Numbered from the stretch's first letter, positions 37,268 to 47,351 are shown. The stretch is 64,000 bases of DNA from Candidatus Pyrohabitans jungbluthii (GCA_002010065.2 MTMD02000008.1:64001-128000), one strand, 5' to 3'. Program-made: numbers and translations. Notes: a model not told the origin generated them from the letters alone.

Positions 37268-38289
37268 TGGTAAAACACCGTACCCACCATGGAATAAAAG
37301 AGGAGCATAAATGCAAGGGATATAAGAAGAAAGCCGCCGAAGCCCAGAAGAGCGAGCTTTGCAAGTTGCACCTGAAGCTTTGCAGCGCTATTACGAAGCG
37401 AGGGCTTTGCCTTCAGAGGTTCAACCACTGCAACAAGAACCCCAGCAATGCCACCAAGGAAGAGGAGGGCATAAAACGGGTAGCCTATTGCCGGGGCGCG
37501 AAGAACCTCAAAGGGGCAGCGATGCTGCGTGGGTAAGCCGAATAGTACGACGTTGAAGTAGGGGCTAAGGAAGGTGAACATCGCCAGGAGAGAGACGGCA
37601 AAGGCAGCGAGGCTGGCTATACCTGAAGCGAGGGCGAGGCGTCGCTGCCTTCTTCGCAGGTAGGTGTAGAGCAGCCCCAGCGTCAGAGCGTATGCGATGA
37701 AGAACGCAAGCATTGCCACGTTGGTGGGGAATTTCATAGCCACAAAGCCGTAGGGGTTGGTCTCGGTGCGCAGAGCAGAGCCACAGCAAGAGGTTATCAC
37801 ATTGGGCGATATGCTTGTGTAGTAGCGAATTTCAAGGTAGGCATCCGCTATGAGCAATGGCAGGAAGAGCAGGAGAAGCGCGTACTTGAGCTTCACCAAC
37901 GGGTAGTCCTCAGCCTGGGTGTCGAGGTGGTTAATCACAAGCCACGAGGAGTAGACAAATATGGCGAAAATTTTAACCCAGAGGGTGGCGAAGCCGTAGC
38001 TGTTTGCGTTAAGCGAACCAAAGGCACACATTGCGCCTCGAATAAAGCTCGCCAAGTAGTCGGCAGTGGCTGCGAATAGTAGCAATGAAAGCACCTGAAA
38101 GGCAAGGGCGTACTGCATCAGCGTTGAGATTAAATAGGTGCGCTTCTCCAGCTCAAGCTGCTCTTCGCTTGCGCTCTCAAGCTGCCAGCGCAGGAGTATG
38201 CGCACACCTTGCGATGCCGCATATATGCAGAGGAGGAGCACAATAACTGTGCCCACAATCTGGGAGATAACCCAGAAGTTGAGTATCAT
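37264..38289 (-). CDS. Polytopic membrane protein with conserved-looking Cys motifs
   Basis: About 9 TM helices; GAMCAFG, TSCCG, HRCPF; last gene of NosL-ABC operon. Confidence 0.75.
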   Translation of the reverse strand: MILNFWVISQIVGTVIVLLLCIYAASQGVRILLRWQLESASEEQLELEKRTYLISTLMQYALAFQVLSLLLFAATADYLASFIRGAMCAFGSLNANSYGFATLWVKIFAIFVYSSWLVINHLDTQAEDYPLVKLKYALLLLFLPLLIADAYLEIRYYTSISPNVITSCCGSALRTETNPYGFVAMKFPTNVAMLAFFIAYALTLGLLYTYLRRRQRRLALASGIASLAAFAVSLLAMFTFLSPYFNVVLFGLPTQHRCPFEVLRAPAIGYPFYALLFLGGIAGVLVAVVEPLKAKPSLRNSAAKLQVQLAKLALLGFGGFLLISLAFMLLFYSMVGTVFYH

Positions 38290-38966
38290 CTCACTACCTC
38301 TACAAGCCTGCCATCGCGCATGTCGAAGATAACGTCGACCATCTCATGCTGAAACACGAGAGGGTCATGTGTGGCTATAACTATCGTCCTGCCCTCCCGC
38401 TTGAGGTTGTGCATTATCCTGAGAAACTCCTCCGCAAGGGCAGTGTCGAGATGAGCTGTGGGTTCATCCGCCACTATTATTCTCGGGTTGTTTACAAGCG
38501 CCCTCGCAATAGCTACGCGCTGCTGCTCTCCGCCGCTCAGCTCGCGAACCTTGAAGTCGCTTCGCCTCTCCATTCCCAGATTCTTGAGCAGAGCTAAAGC
38601 ACGCTTCCTGCTCTCATTCGCAGGCAACGGTGTTGGAATTAGAGGCACAACCACGTTGTCAACCACGCTCAGTTCTGGAATGAGGTTGAACTGCTGGAAG
38701 ATTATACCCACGTGCTCCCGCCTGAAGAGGGTGAGAAACCTCTCAGGAAGCTTGGACACCTCTTTACCAGCGACAAAAACGCGCCCAGAGGTTGGCTTGG
38801 CAACGCAGGCGATTAGACTCAAGAGTGTGGTCTTGCCTGAGCCGCTGGGACCGCGAAGCACAGCAACCTCGCCCTCATTAACCTCGATGCTTACATCCCT
38901 AACTGCTACCACCTCATTTGGCTTACCTCTGTTAAACACCTTTGTCACGTGCTCGCAGCGTATCAC
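38286..38966 (-). CDS. ABC ATP-binding protein (LolD/MacB type)
   Basis: GPSGSGKT, LSGGEQQR, ADEPT, ATHD. Confidence 0.95.
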   Translation of the reverse strand: MIRCEHVTKVFNRGKPNEVVAVRDVSIEVNEGEVAVLRGPSGSGKTTLLSLIACVAKPTSGRVFVAGKEVSKLPERFLTLFRREHVGIIFQQFNLIPELSVVDNVVVPLIPTPLPANESRKRALALLKNLGMERRSDFKVRELSGGEQQRVAIARALVNNPRIIVADEPTAHLDTALAEEFLRIMHNLKREGRTIVIATHDPLVFQHEMVDVIFDMRDGRLVEVVR

Positions 38967-40133
38967 CTATATCCCCCGCATGGCTTCGTCCGGGTCAATG
39001 GTGCTCGCGCGCCAGGAGGGCACCACCACCGCCGCAAGGAATGGTACAACGCTTATGAAGAATATGAGCAGGAGGTCCTCTAGGGTAACCACAGGCATGA
39101 GCTCAAAGCTGGGGTAAAGGGTGGACCAGCCAAGCAGCACAGGTTTGAGCAGAGGGGCGCCGAGGTAGAACACGTGGAGGTAGGCGAGGATAACGCCCAA
39201 GAGGTAAGAGTTCAGCGCCAGCACAACGCCCTCGAAGGTTCGCATCTCAAGCACATCGCCGGTGCTCCAGCCAAGGGCTTTTAGGATGCCTATCTCGCGC
39301 TTCTCCTCAGCGGTTAAGCCAGAGGCACGGTCCCATACAAGTATGGCGAAGGCGAGCAGCGCACCCAGAAGGCTGGCGAGGAAGACGCCAGAGCGCCAAC
39401 CGAAGATTGCGTCGTAGGTCTCGCGTATCTGCTCCCTGGTTAATACCCGCGTGTCAGGAAGCTTTTGAGCGATTTTTATAGCTATGTTCGGAAGCTCCGC
39501 AGGATTGGCTACGTATACAGCAATGTCGTTGGAGTACCCGCTTGGGATACCGAAGAAGTCTCTCGCCTTATCCTGAGGCATGACTATTAAATCTGCGCTC
39601 TGCAGTGCTGAAGAAGAGGAGAATACCCCAGCCACAACAAACTTTACGTACTCCCCCCGGTGGTCGCGCAGCAGTAGCTTATCGCCAACGTTAAGGCGCT
39701 TTGCCCTTGCAAGAGCTTCGCCTACCAGCACAGCGCTCTCTCCAGAGAAGCCTCCCTCAGAAATAGCGAGGGGAAGACTTTCAAGGCTTTGAACCCCTAT
39801 AATGGTGTAGGTAGCATCCTCATCGGCGTCGTAGTAGTAGCCCCACACCCTAGGCTCAGCCCTGCTCACGCCGCGAATGCTCTGAATGGTTGAGATATAC
39901 TCCAATGGGACAAGCCCCTGCCTCCCGGCGATGATCTTCTGAACGGTTATGTCGGGCGCCAGCGAGAGCGTCTCCCGCGCTTCATGGTTCAGGGAGTTCA
40001 TCATCATGACAACACTTGCAAGCATGAAAACCACAAGGGTAAACACGAGTATTGTTGCCAGGTTTTTGCCCTTCCTGCGGAGCAGGAAGTTAACTGAATA
40101 ATCCAGGATGTTGCGGTGCTTCTCGAAACTCAT
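38967..40133 (-). CDS. ABC permease (FtsX/MacB type)
   Basis: N-terminal TM, large external domain, REIGILKALGW, DPDEAMR. Confidence 0.9.
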   Translation of the reverse strand: MSFEKHRNILDYSVNFLLRRKGKNLATILVFTLVVFMLASVVMMMNSLNHEARETLSLAPDITVQKIIAGRQGLVPLEYISTIQSIRGVSRAEPRVWGYYYDADEDATYTIIGVQSLESLPLAISEGGFSGESAVLVGEALARAKRLNVGDKLLLRDHRGEYVKFVVAGVFSSSSALQSADLIVMPQDKARDFFGIPSGYSNDIAVYVANPAELPNIAIKIAQKLPDTRVLTREQIRETYDAIFGWRSGVFLASLLGALLAFAILVWDRASGLTAEEKREIGILKALGWSTGDVLEMRTFEGVVLALNSYLLGVILAYLHVFYLGAPLLKPVLLGWSTLYPSFELMPVVTLEDLLLIFFISVVPFLAAVVVPSWRASTIDPDEAMRGI

Positions 40134-40432
40134 CTCTCCACCTCAATGCGCGTATCGAAGCCCGCGAACTTCGGTCTGCCAAAGCCCGTGCAGGAGGCAT
40201 GGTAGCACAATTGCGCGGGGAGGTCGCGGAAGCAACCAGAGAAATCGACTACACTTGGATTGCGTGTGGAGTAGCAGTCCGTGGCTATTACCAGGTCGCT
40301 CAGCTCGAGACTCTTAGCCAGAGAGCGCTTCTCCTCAAGCTTCGCCACCCTGCTTTGTGCATGAGCCGTAAGAGCTGCCAAGCTGAGAAGCTGGAGTACA
40401 AGGATGAGGGCCACGCTTGTGGAATGCCTCAT
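40130..40432 (-). CDS. Small secreted Cys-containing hypothetical protein
   Basis: Signal/TM segment; start/stop overlaps with both neighbours (translational coupling). Confidence 0.65.
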   Translation of the reverse strand: MRHSTSVALILVLQLLSLAALTAHAQSRVAKLEEKRSLAKSLELSDLVIATDCYSTRNPSVVDFSGCFRDLPAQLCYHASCTGFGRPKFAGFDTRIEVER

Positions 40433-40893
40433 CGCGGCTTAACACCTCGCGCTGCAAGTTCTGAGAAGCTGAGGATATCGCCAGAAGGATAATCATTGCG
40501 GAAGCTCTCTGCATCCTCCAGACGGGCGAACACCACTATGCCAAAGCCCATGGGTGTTGGTATAGCAGCATCTGTAACATAATAAGCGTTCTCTGCATCC
40601 ACCCATTCTTGGGTGTAGTAGTCCCTGCAGTATATCTTAGCGATAGCCTCGCGGTGCTTGGTGTAGTAGAGGAACATATCGCCCGGGTCGTCGAAGAACT
40701 TCACCTCGTGGCTTTTGAGGATGACCTCACACGCCCAGTTTTCGTAGTCTTTGACAAACATCCCACACTCTGGGCAGCGAGCCTCCGCAGGTATTGGCAC
40801 CGGCTCAAGCTTGGGGGAGGTGACACTCTCGTCGCCCTTCTGAGCACAGCCTCCAATCACCAGAAGTGCAACCAGAAGCACTGTTGCGCGCAT
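40429..40893 (-). CDS. NosL-family lipoprotein
   Basis: Lipobox VIGGC, CPECGM, FDDPGDMF, TPMG. Confidence 0.85.
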   Translation of the reverse strand: MRATVLLVALLVIGGCAQKGDESVTSPKLEPVPIPAEARCPECGMFVKDYENWACEVILKSHEVKFFDDPGDMFLYYTKHREAIAKIYCRDYYTQEWVDAENAYYVTDAAIPTPMGFGIVVFARLEDAESFRNDYPSGDILSFSELAARGVKPR

Positions 40894-41070
40894 AAGATAA
40901 TTTGCTCCCCGGGAGTATATAAAAATTTAATCCCTGAAAATGTGATGAAAAAATAGCTTAGGTGATGTTTTTCTGGTGAGCTGAGAAGAAAACGCGTCAA
41001 AACGTGAAAAGAGTCTTCGCTAAGCAGGGCAAAATATTTATTAACTCCACCGTCCTAAAACACGATACCC

Positions 41071-42273
41071 ATGAAGATAGACATAATCTACCTCGCGCTA
41101 CAGAATATCAAGAAAAGGAAGTTCCGCACCATTGGCGTGGTCATAGCTATAGCCATAGCCTCGGCTACGCTCTTCTCCTCGATTATACTAATGAAGAGCA
41201 TGTCCTCCTCCCTCGAGCTGGGCATAGCTCAGCTTGGCGCAGACATAATGGTGGTGCCTCGCGAGGCAGAAGAGCCATTGAGCGCCATCCTTCTGGGCAG
41301 CGCCCCCTCGAAGCACTACCTGAGTAGGAAGTACGAGGAGCGCATCGCAGGCATAGAGGGAGTGGAGAAAGTTGCGCCTCTCGTATTTCTTGAAACCTCA
41401 GAGCAGGGGTGCTGCTTCAAGCCGGGCATTTTTATCATTGGCTTCGACCCTGAGAAGGACTTCATAGTAAAGCCATGGGTGGAGAAGCAGCTTGGCAGCC
41501 TAGCTGCCTTTGAGACTATCGCTGGCTCAGGTTATGACTGGATGCCGGGCTTCAAGGTCTACCTGTACGGCTTCCCCTTCACCATAGCTGCGAAGATGCC
41601 AAGCACCGGCGTAGCCTACTTTGATAAAGGTATCTTCATGCCTCTCGACAGGCTCTACTGGTTGGCGAAGCGCTCTCGAGAGTATGAGGACATCGCCGAT
41701 CTCACGTTGCGCTCTGGGCAAGTGTCTGCGATTATGATACAGGTTGCCCCAGGGGAGGAGGCGGAGCGCATCGCAAAGGCAATTGAGTTCTACTTCCCAG
41801 AGCTTAAGGCAGTGGTTGCTCAAAAAGCTCTGGGCAACGTAAAGAAGCAGATGCTAATGCTGCTGCGCAGCCTCTTTGCCCTAAGCGCCTTTACCTGGCT
41901 AACAGCCGTGATTCTTGTCTCTGTAATACTCTCAATGAGCGTCAATGAGCGCCGCCGGGAATTTGGAATCCTGCGCGCCCTGGGAGCGACAAAGCGGTTC
42001 ATCTTCGGGGAGGTTATCGCAGAGGCTTACATCCTCGCCACCCTTGGAAGCGTGCTCGGCATGCTCGCGGGCTACGCCTTTCTCACAGGCTTCCAAGACT
42101 TCGTCATAAACTACCTGAACATGCCTTACCTCATACCCAACAAGTTCTATGTTGCTCTCATAAGTCTTGTAATAATCGACGTTTCCCTCTTGCTGAGCAC
42201 CGTAGCCAGCTTTTACCCCGCCTACAGAAGCGCAGAGCTTGAGCCCTACGAAGCTATAAGGTCGGGTGAGTAG
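41071..42273 (+). CDS. ABC permease (FtsX/MacB type) with external CC motif
   Basis: LGADIMVVP, EQGCCF, NERRREFGILRALGA, EPYEAIR. Confidence 0.9.
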   Translation: MKIDIIYLALQNIKKRKFRTIGVVIAIAIASATLFSSIILMKSMSSSLELGIAQLGADIMVVPREAEEPLSAILLGSAPSKHYLSRKYEERIAGIEGVEKVAPLVFLETSEQGCCFKPGIFIIGFDPEKDFIVKPWVEKQLGSLAAFETIAGSGYDWMPGFKVYLYGFPFTIAAKMPSTGVAYFDKGIFMPLDRLYWLAKRSREYEDIADLTLRSGQVSAIMIQVAPGEEAERIAKAIEFYFPELKAVVAQKALGNVKKQMLMLLRSLFALSAFTWLTAVILVSVILSMSVNERRREFGILRALGATKRFIFGEVIAEAYILATLGSVLGMLAGYAFLTGFQDFVINYLNMPYLIPNKFYVALISLVIIDVSLLLSTVASFYPAYRSAELEPYEAIRSGE

Positions 42274-42957
42274 ATGCTCATTGAAACGCAGAACCTAACA
42301 AAGGTATACAGGCTGAAGGAGTATGAGGTTGAAGCGGTTCGCGATGTGAATCTCGCCGTAGCTGAAGGTGAGTTTATCTCAATAGTGGGGCACTCGGGCA
42401 GCGGAAAAACAACACTTTTATCCCTCATTGGTGGGCTCACAAAGCCAACCTATGGTAGGGTTCTCATCGACGGCATAGATATATGGAGCCTGAGCGATGA
42501 GGAGCTTTCACGCATGAGGAATAGAAAGATAGGGTTCATGTTCCAGTTCTCAAGCCTAATACCCACCCTCACGGTGAGGGACAACATGCTCTTACCTGCG
42601 GCGCTCTCTGGAAAGGTGGGAAGCGCTGAAATGAAGCGAGCGCGGGAACTTCTGGAGCTTGTGGGTCTGGCAGATAAGATAAACGCTTACCCCACGCAGC
42701 TCTCCGGCGGCCAGCAGCGGCGAGTTGCAATTGCCAGAGCATTCATGAACAGCCCGAAGATTATCCTCGCCGACGAGCCCACTGGCGACCTAGACGAGAA
42801 GTCAGAGATGCATGTAATGAAGCTGCTCAAAGCTATGAATGAAGTTGAGGGAACAACCATAATCCTCGTTACACACAGCCGCGAGCTTGCAGCGCAGACG
42901 CAGCGCAGGCTTGTGATGAAAAACGGGCGACTTTTTGAAAAAAAGAATTTTCTATAG
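42274..42957 (+). CDS. ABC ATP-binding protein (LolD/MacB type)
   Basis: [25 protein letters not shown]. Confidence 0.95.
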   Translation: MLIETQNLTKVYRLKEYEVEAVRDVNLAVAEGEFISIVGHSGSGKTTLLSLIGGLTKPTYGRVLIDGIDIWSLSDEELSRMRNRKIGFMFQFSSLIPTLTVRDNMLLPAALSGKVGSAEMKRARELLELVGLADKINAYPTQLSGGQQRRVAIARAFMNSPKIILADEPTGDLDEKSEMHVMKLLKAMNEVEGTTIILVTHSRELAAQTQRRLVMKNGRLFEKKNFL

Positions 42958-43064
42958 TATAAAAAGGATTTTAGTAAGCCCGAGATTATTTATAACGCTC
43001 TTTTTATAATAATTTCGAAAACTCTTAAAGTGGTTATCAGAATAATAAAAAAAGGTGCTGTAAG

Positions 43065-43988
43065 GTGAAGCTCAGGCTGGATTATCTTGAGACTTTTAAG
43101 GAGGTTGTTGAAGAGGGAAGCTTTCTCGGCGCCTCGAAAGCGCTGGGTATGAGTGTGAGCACAATAAGCCTGCATATCGATGCTGTGGAGAAGTTTTTTG
43201 AGGCAAGGCTTCTTGAGCGCAACGTCAGCGGGGTAAAGCTCACAAGAGAGGGGGAGATTGCCTACAACGGCATAAAGGAGCTTTTCACACTCCTTGAAAA
43301 GACAAAGAAGGGGATAAAGAACCTGAGCACCAAGATTGTAAACATAGGCATAGGCTGCGTGGGAGTGCCCATAATCGCGGAGATTCAGATGGGTTACAAG
43401 GAGGTTCGTCCTGACGTAGACGTCAGGGTGAAGCTCACCGGAGAGTACACGTGCTTAGAGCTGCTGGAGCATGGCGAGGTCAGCATTGTGCTCGCTGGTT
43501 ATCCGACGCCGCTCAAGCTGGGCGACGGCTACCGCGTTGAGGAGATAGGCTACGACCGCTTTGTTTTAATAGTGCCTCCCAACCACGAGCTGGCGAAGAA
43601 GAAAGAGGTCACCGTGGAGGATGTGCTCTCATATCCCATGGTTACCCTGAACAAGGGGTACAGCAGCACCGCCATTGAGGATACCCTGCGAGAACTCAGG
43701 AACGTAGAGAAGGAGCAGAAGATTGAGTGCAGCGTGAACGACATCTTTTCTCAAATTTACGGCGTCTCCTCAGGGCTGGGCACGGCAATCGCAAGTTACG
43801 TGCTTTCAAAGCGCTACGAGGAAGGGGGTCTGGTGGTAATTAAGGAGATAAAAGACTTTACCGATGAAAGACCAATATATGCGATAACCACAGATAAAGC
43901 GCTTGAAAATCCAGTTATAGCAGATTTCTACACCTACCTTGTTGAGAAGGGAACTGAACTTCTTGAAAAGTACAAGGTGGTTAAATGA
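43065..43988 (+). CDS. LysR-family transcriptional regulator
   Basis: GSFLGASKALGMSVSTISLHI...LLER...VKLTREG HTH; ~300 aa with substrate-binding domain (VPPNHELA). Confidence 0.9.
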   Translation: MKLRLDYLETFKEVVEEGSFLGASKALGMSVSTISLHIDAVEKFFEARLLERNVSGVKLTREGEIAYNGIKELFTLLEKTKKGIKNLSTKIVNIGIGCVGVPIIAEIQMGYKEVRPDVDVRVKLTGEYTCLELLEHGEVSIVLAGYPTPLKLGDGYRVEEIGYDRFVLIVPPNHELAKKKEVTVEDVLSYPMVTLNKGYSSTAIEDTLRELRNVEKEQKIECSVNDIFSQIYGVSSGLGTAIASYVLSKRYEEGGLVVIKEIKDFTDERPIYAITTDKALENPVIADFYTYLVEKGTELLEKYKVVK

Positions 43989-44512
43989 AGGAGAACACAA
44001 AAAAGTACATCCCCTACATCTGGCTGGACGACGAAACGGGGCATCCCCTGATGATGAACGAGAGGTGTACAATAATCTTTAGCGAGACCCTCAGTACGCT
44101 GAGGCTTAGCCTCTACAAAATAATCGGCGAGGGCTCAGAGATGCTTCTCCGCCTGATAGGCAGAGATATGGGGAAGAAGTATGCGCAGCTTGTTCTAAAG
44201 CAGTACCCAGAGTTGAACGAGGTAAGCAAGCACACGCAGATTTACGAGCTATGCTCAATAATACTCAGAAATACAGGCTTTGGGAAGATAAAGATTCTCG
44301 AGCTCGACGTGACCAAGCCAGAGATGAGGGCGATAATCAAGGACGCACCTTCTGGGCTGGGAATCAAGTCTCTCCCTCCCATCTATAACCTCGAAGCAGG
44401 GATGCTGTGCGGCATCCTGGAGGAGATCTTCGATAGGGAGATGGTAGTCTCAGGCTACAGGTTCAATGAAAGCGAGGATAATTATGAGTTAACAATAACG
44501 AAGGTGGAGTGA
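43985..44512 (+). CDS. V4R-like ligand-binding protein
   Basis: LRLIGRDMGK, TGFGKI, EAGMLCGILEEIF pattern. Confidence 0.55.
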   Translation: MKENTKKYIPYIWLDDETGHPLMMNERCTIIFSETLSTLRLSLYKIIGEGSEMLLRLIGRDMGKKYAQLVLKQYPELNEVSKHTQIYELCSIILRNTGFGKIKILELDVTKPEMRAIIKDAPSGLGIKSLPPIYNLEAGMLCGILEEIFDREMVVSGYRFNESEDNYELTITKVE

Positions 44513-44734
44513 ATGCGGGTGTTGGACGTTAGAGGTGAGATATGCCCCGTTCCCCTCGTGCGCTGCGTGAATGAAATAAAGAACATGAAGCCCGGAGAGG
44601 TGCTGAAGGTTATCTCAGATCACCCCCCCGCGAAGAAGAGCATACCAATGGAGATGGAGGCACAGGGACACGAGTACACCATTGAGGAAGACGGCGCTGA
44701 GTTTACAATAACCATAGTCGTCAAGGGTAAGTAG
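44513..44734 (+). CDS. TusA/YeeD-family sulfur carrier
   Basis: LDVRGEICPVP motif. Confidence 0.92.
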   Translation: MRVLDVRGEICPVPLVRCVNEIKNMKPGEVLKVISDHPPAKKSIPMEMEAQGHEYTIEEDGAEFTITIVVKGK

Positions 44735-44735
44735 T

Positions 44736-45206
44736 ATGCGCTACCTTTCCCCTACAACAGCAGCGATTCTTCTTGCCCTGCTGAACCTCTCGCTGTACAT
44801 TACCCTCGACAGACCCTGGAGTATAACCACCGGCGAGAGCCATTTTGTTGCCTATGTGGAAAACCTATTTTTTCCAGAGCACGTGGCTAACAATGCCTAC
44901 TTCCAGCGGTATATACCTGAGCTCAACTGGCGGGTGTATCTGAACTTCGGGATAATCTTCGGCGCTTTTATTGGTGCATACCTTGGAGGCGACTTTAAGG
45001 TGCGCATCCCCAGGGTTAAGATGCGCTTTCTTCAGGTTTTCATAGGCGGGCTACTTATGGGTTATGGTGCTCGCCTCGCCATAGGGTGCAACATTGGTCA
45101 CATAATGTCTGGCGTACCTCAGCTGGCCATCTCCAGCATAATCGCCTTCATAGCAATAGCTGCCGGTGCTTACATCGGCGGGAAGATTCTAATGCGGGTG
45201 GTGTGA
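44736..45206 (+). CDS. YeeE/YedE-family sulfur-compound transporter, half-subunit
   Basis: GGLLMGYGARLAIGCNIG motif. Confidence 0.88.
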   Translation: MRYLSPTTAAILLALLNLSLYITLDRPWSITTGESHFVAYVENLFFPEHVANNAYFQRYIPELNWRVYLNFGIIFGAFIGAYLGGDFKVRIPRVKMRFLQVFIGGLLMGYGARLAIGCNIGHIMSGVPQLAISSIIAFIAIAAGAYIGGKILMRVV

Positions 45207-45737
45207 ATGGACGCTCTATTGGGATTCCTCTTCGGCGTTGCAATAGGCTTTGTGCTTGAGCGCGGACAATTTTGCATGGCCTCCGCCTTTAGAGATTTCT
45301 TCCTATTCCGCCACACCCATATTCTACGCGCTGTGATGCTCTATCTTGCTCTGCTTACCCCAGCCTTCTTCCTGTTTCACAGCGCAGGCTTGATTGAGAC
45401 CTACCCTTACATAAAGGATGCAGGGTTATTCACCGCCGTGGGTGGAGTAATCTTCGGCATAGGCATGGTGCTTGCCGGAGGCTGTGCCTCTGGCACACTT
45501 TATAGAATAGGCGAAGGTTACGTCACCTCGCTCGTGGCACTTGTGGGAATGCTTATTGGTATTGGCGCCTTTGGTGAGAGTTACTCCTGGGTAAAAGAGG
45601 TTTTAATTGACACCACGAGCATGGGTAAGCTGACGCTTGCCGAGGTTGCAGGTATTTCGCAGAGCGTAGCTGTACTCTTTGGTACTGCTAGTTTTGCAGC
45701 GCTTTATCTGTGGATGAAGAGGAATTTTAAAAATTAA
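45207..45737 (+). CDS. YeeE/YedE-family sulfur-compound transporter, half-subunit
   Basis: RGQFCMASAFRD and GMVLAGGCASG motifs. Confidence 0.88.
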   Translation: MDALLGFLFGVAIGFVLERGQFCMASAFRDFFLFRHTHILRAVMLYLALLTPAFFLFHSAGLIETYPYIKDAGLFTAVGGVIFGIGMVLAGGCASGTLYRIGEGYVTSLVALVGMLIGIGAFGESYSWVKEVLIDTTSMGKLTLAEVAGISQSVAVLFGTASFAALYLWMKRNFKN

Positions 45738-45977
45738 CAAAAGGCACTGTCTCCCCGCTCAACGGTGATTTCGAATTTAGTGTAAGGGCTCTCACTCTAT
45801 TTTCGTTATTACTGTAAAAGCTTTCGAAAAATTTAAATACATGTTCCTATACCTAATAAATCAAAATGTTTAATGTAAAACCTGCATGACATCATAGGCA
45901 TTAAAAAATAATTTAACAAAAGAGGAGGTGAAAGTGTTGGAAACCTGCCAACCCGCTAAAATAAGGAGGTGGAGGGC

Positions 45978-47138
45978 ATGAACAAAGGTTTACTGGCGCT
46001 GCTTGTAGGCGTGCTGTTTTTTGCCAGTGCCTCGCTGGTAAGTGCAGCAGAGTATCCCGGCCCACTGGTTTCCATGGACTGGGTTGAGGAGCACCTGGAC
46101 ACCATAAAGAACCCTGACCAGACAGAGATTCGCCTTGTCGAGGTGAGCAAGTCTGGTTATGATAAGGGGCACATCCCCGGAGCGGTGCACATCAAGTGGG
46201 GAAGTGAGGTATTTGGTCCCGGAACAGACCACATGCTTCCTGATTATGCAGCGATGTCTGCAGTGATGAAGAAACTCGGAGTTACCCCGGACACCCACAT
46301 AGTTATATACGCCGACAAGCTTGACCAGGCAACCCGCTTCTACTGGACGCTCAAGTACTGGAATGTGGAAAAGATAAGCATAATGAACGGCGAGAAGAAG
46401 GAGTGGAAGGAAGAAGGTCGCCCCATGACCACAGAGGTGCCGGATGTTAAGCCACTCGACTACCCGCTCAAGTATCCACCCAACTCAAAGGTAAACGCAC
46501 TGCTTCACCCCGACGTCATGGAGGGTCTTGCAACTGGAAAAGTACTCTTCGTAGATGCCAGACCCGCCGCCTACTTCGAGGGCAAGAAGTTCTCCCTCAG
46601 CAAGTGGGTGAGAAGCGGTCACATACCTGGTGCAGTTAACGTAGCCTCCCCGGAAGAGGTCGTGAAGGATGGCAAGATACTGCCCATCGAAGAGCTCAAG
46701 AAGATTTACGAGAGTAAGGGAGTGACCCCCGACAAGAACATCATAGTGTACTGCAACACTGGCGTCAGGTCTTCGCTGGCATGGTTCATACTCCACGAGC
46801 TTCTGGGGTATCCAAATGTCAAAAACTACGACGGCTCTATGAGAGAGTATGCCAACAGCTTCTACCTGCCGATGGAGCCTGACTCCTTCAATGTGTACAA
46901 GGACTTCCCCAAGGTCCCAATGCAGGAAGTTAAGGACATAGCCACAGAAGCAAAAAGCGCAGCAGACAGCAACGCTGCAAAGATCGCCGAGCTGGAGAAG
47001 CAGCTTGCAGAGACAAGACAGATAGCTGAGGCAGCAAAAGCCGAAGGTAAGGGCTTGTGCGGACCCACAAGCGTCGCACTACTCGCTGCGCTTCCGCTCG
47101 CAGGGTATGCCCTGCGCAGGAGGTACATGAAGAACTAA
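45978..47138 (+). CDS. Secreted tandem-domain rhodanese with CGP-CTERM-like anchor
   Basis: Signal peptide, two GHIPGA motifs, YCNTGVR active site, YDGS; C-terminal GLCGP-TM-RRR. Confidence 0.9.
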   Translation: MNKGLLALLVGVLFFASASLVSAAEYPGPLVSMDWVEEHLDTIKNPDQTEIRLVEVSKSGYDKGHIPGAVHIKWGSEVFGPGTDHMLPDYAAMSAVMKKLGVTPDTHIVIYADKLDQATRFYWTLKYWNVEKISIMNGEKKEWKEEGRPMTTEVPDVKPLDYPLKYPPNSKVNALLHPDVMEGLATGKVLFVDARPAAYFEGKKFSLSKWVRSGHIPGAVNVASPEEVVKDGKILPIEELKKIYESKGVTPDKNIIVYCNTGVRSSLAWFILHELLGYPNVKNYDGSMREYANSFYLPMEPDSFNVYKDFPKVPMQEVKDIATEAKSAADSNAAKIAELEKQLAETRQIAEAAKAEGKGLCGPTSVALLAALPLAGYALRRRYMKN

Positions 47139-47351
47139 ACCCCTCCTCTCTTTCTTTTTTATTGTTAGGTTGCTCCATTATGGTTAAAACAATGAGGAAG
47201 ATATTGTGCGTTTTCTTTTAACCATGATGAAGATGCTTCCTACGCCGCTTTGGATTAACCAAGTAAAGAGGTGTAGGAGGCTGACGTTAGCCTCAGGCTC
47301 TTTGATGAGAATCAATGTGAAAAGAAATATTGACCGGAGGTAGCCTGAAAG

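Noticed and set aside
31188-42957. Nitrous oxide reductase (nos) cluster
   Set aside because: Only NosL-like genes; no nosZ or nosD, and the ABC systems are MacB/FtsX type rather than NosFY
47302-47348. Second C/D box sRNA (TGATGA...CTGA)
   Set aside because: No convincing C'/D' boxes; the segment contains the RBS of the next gene
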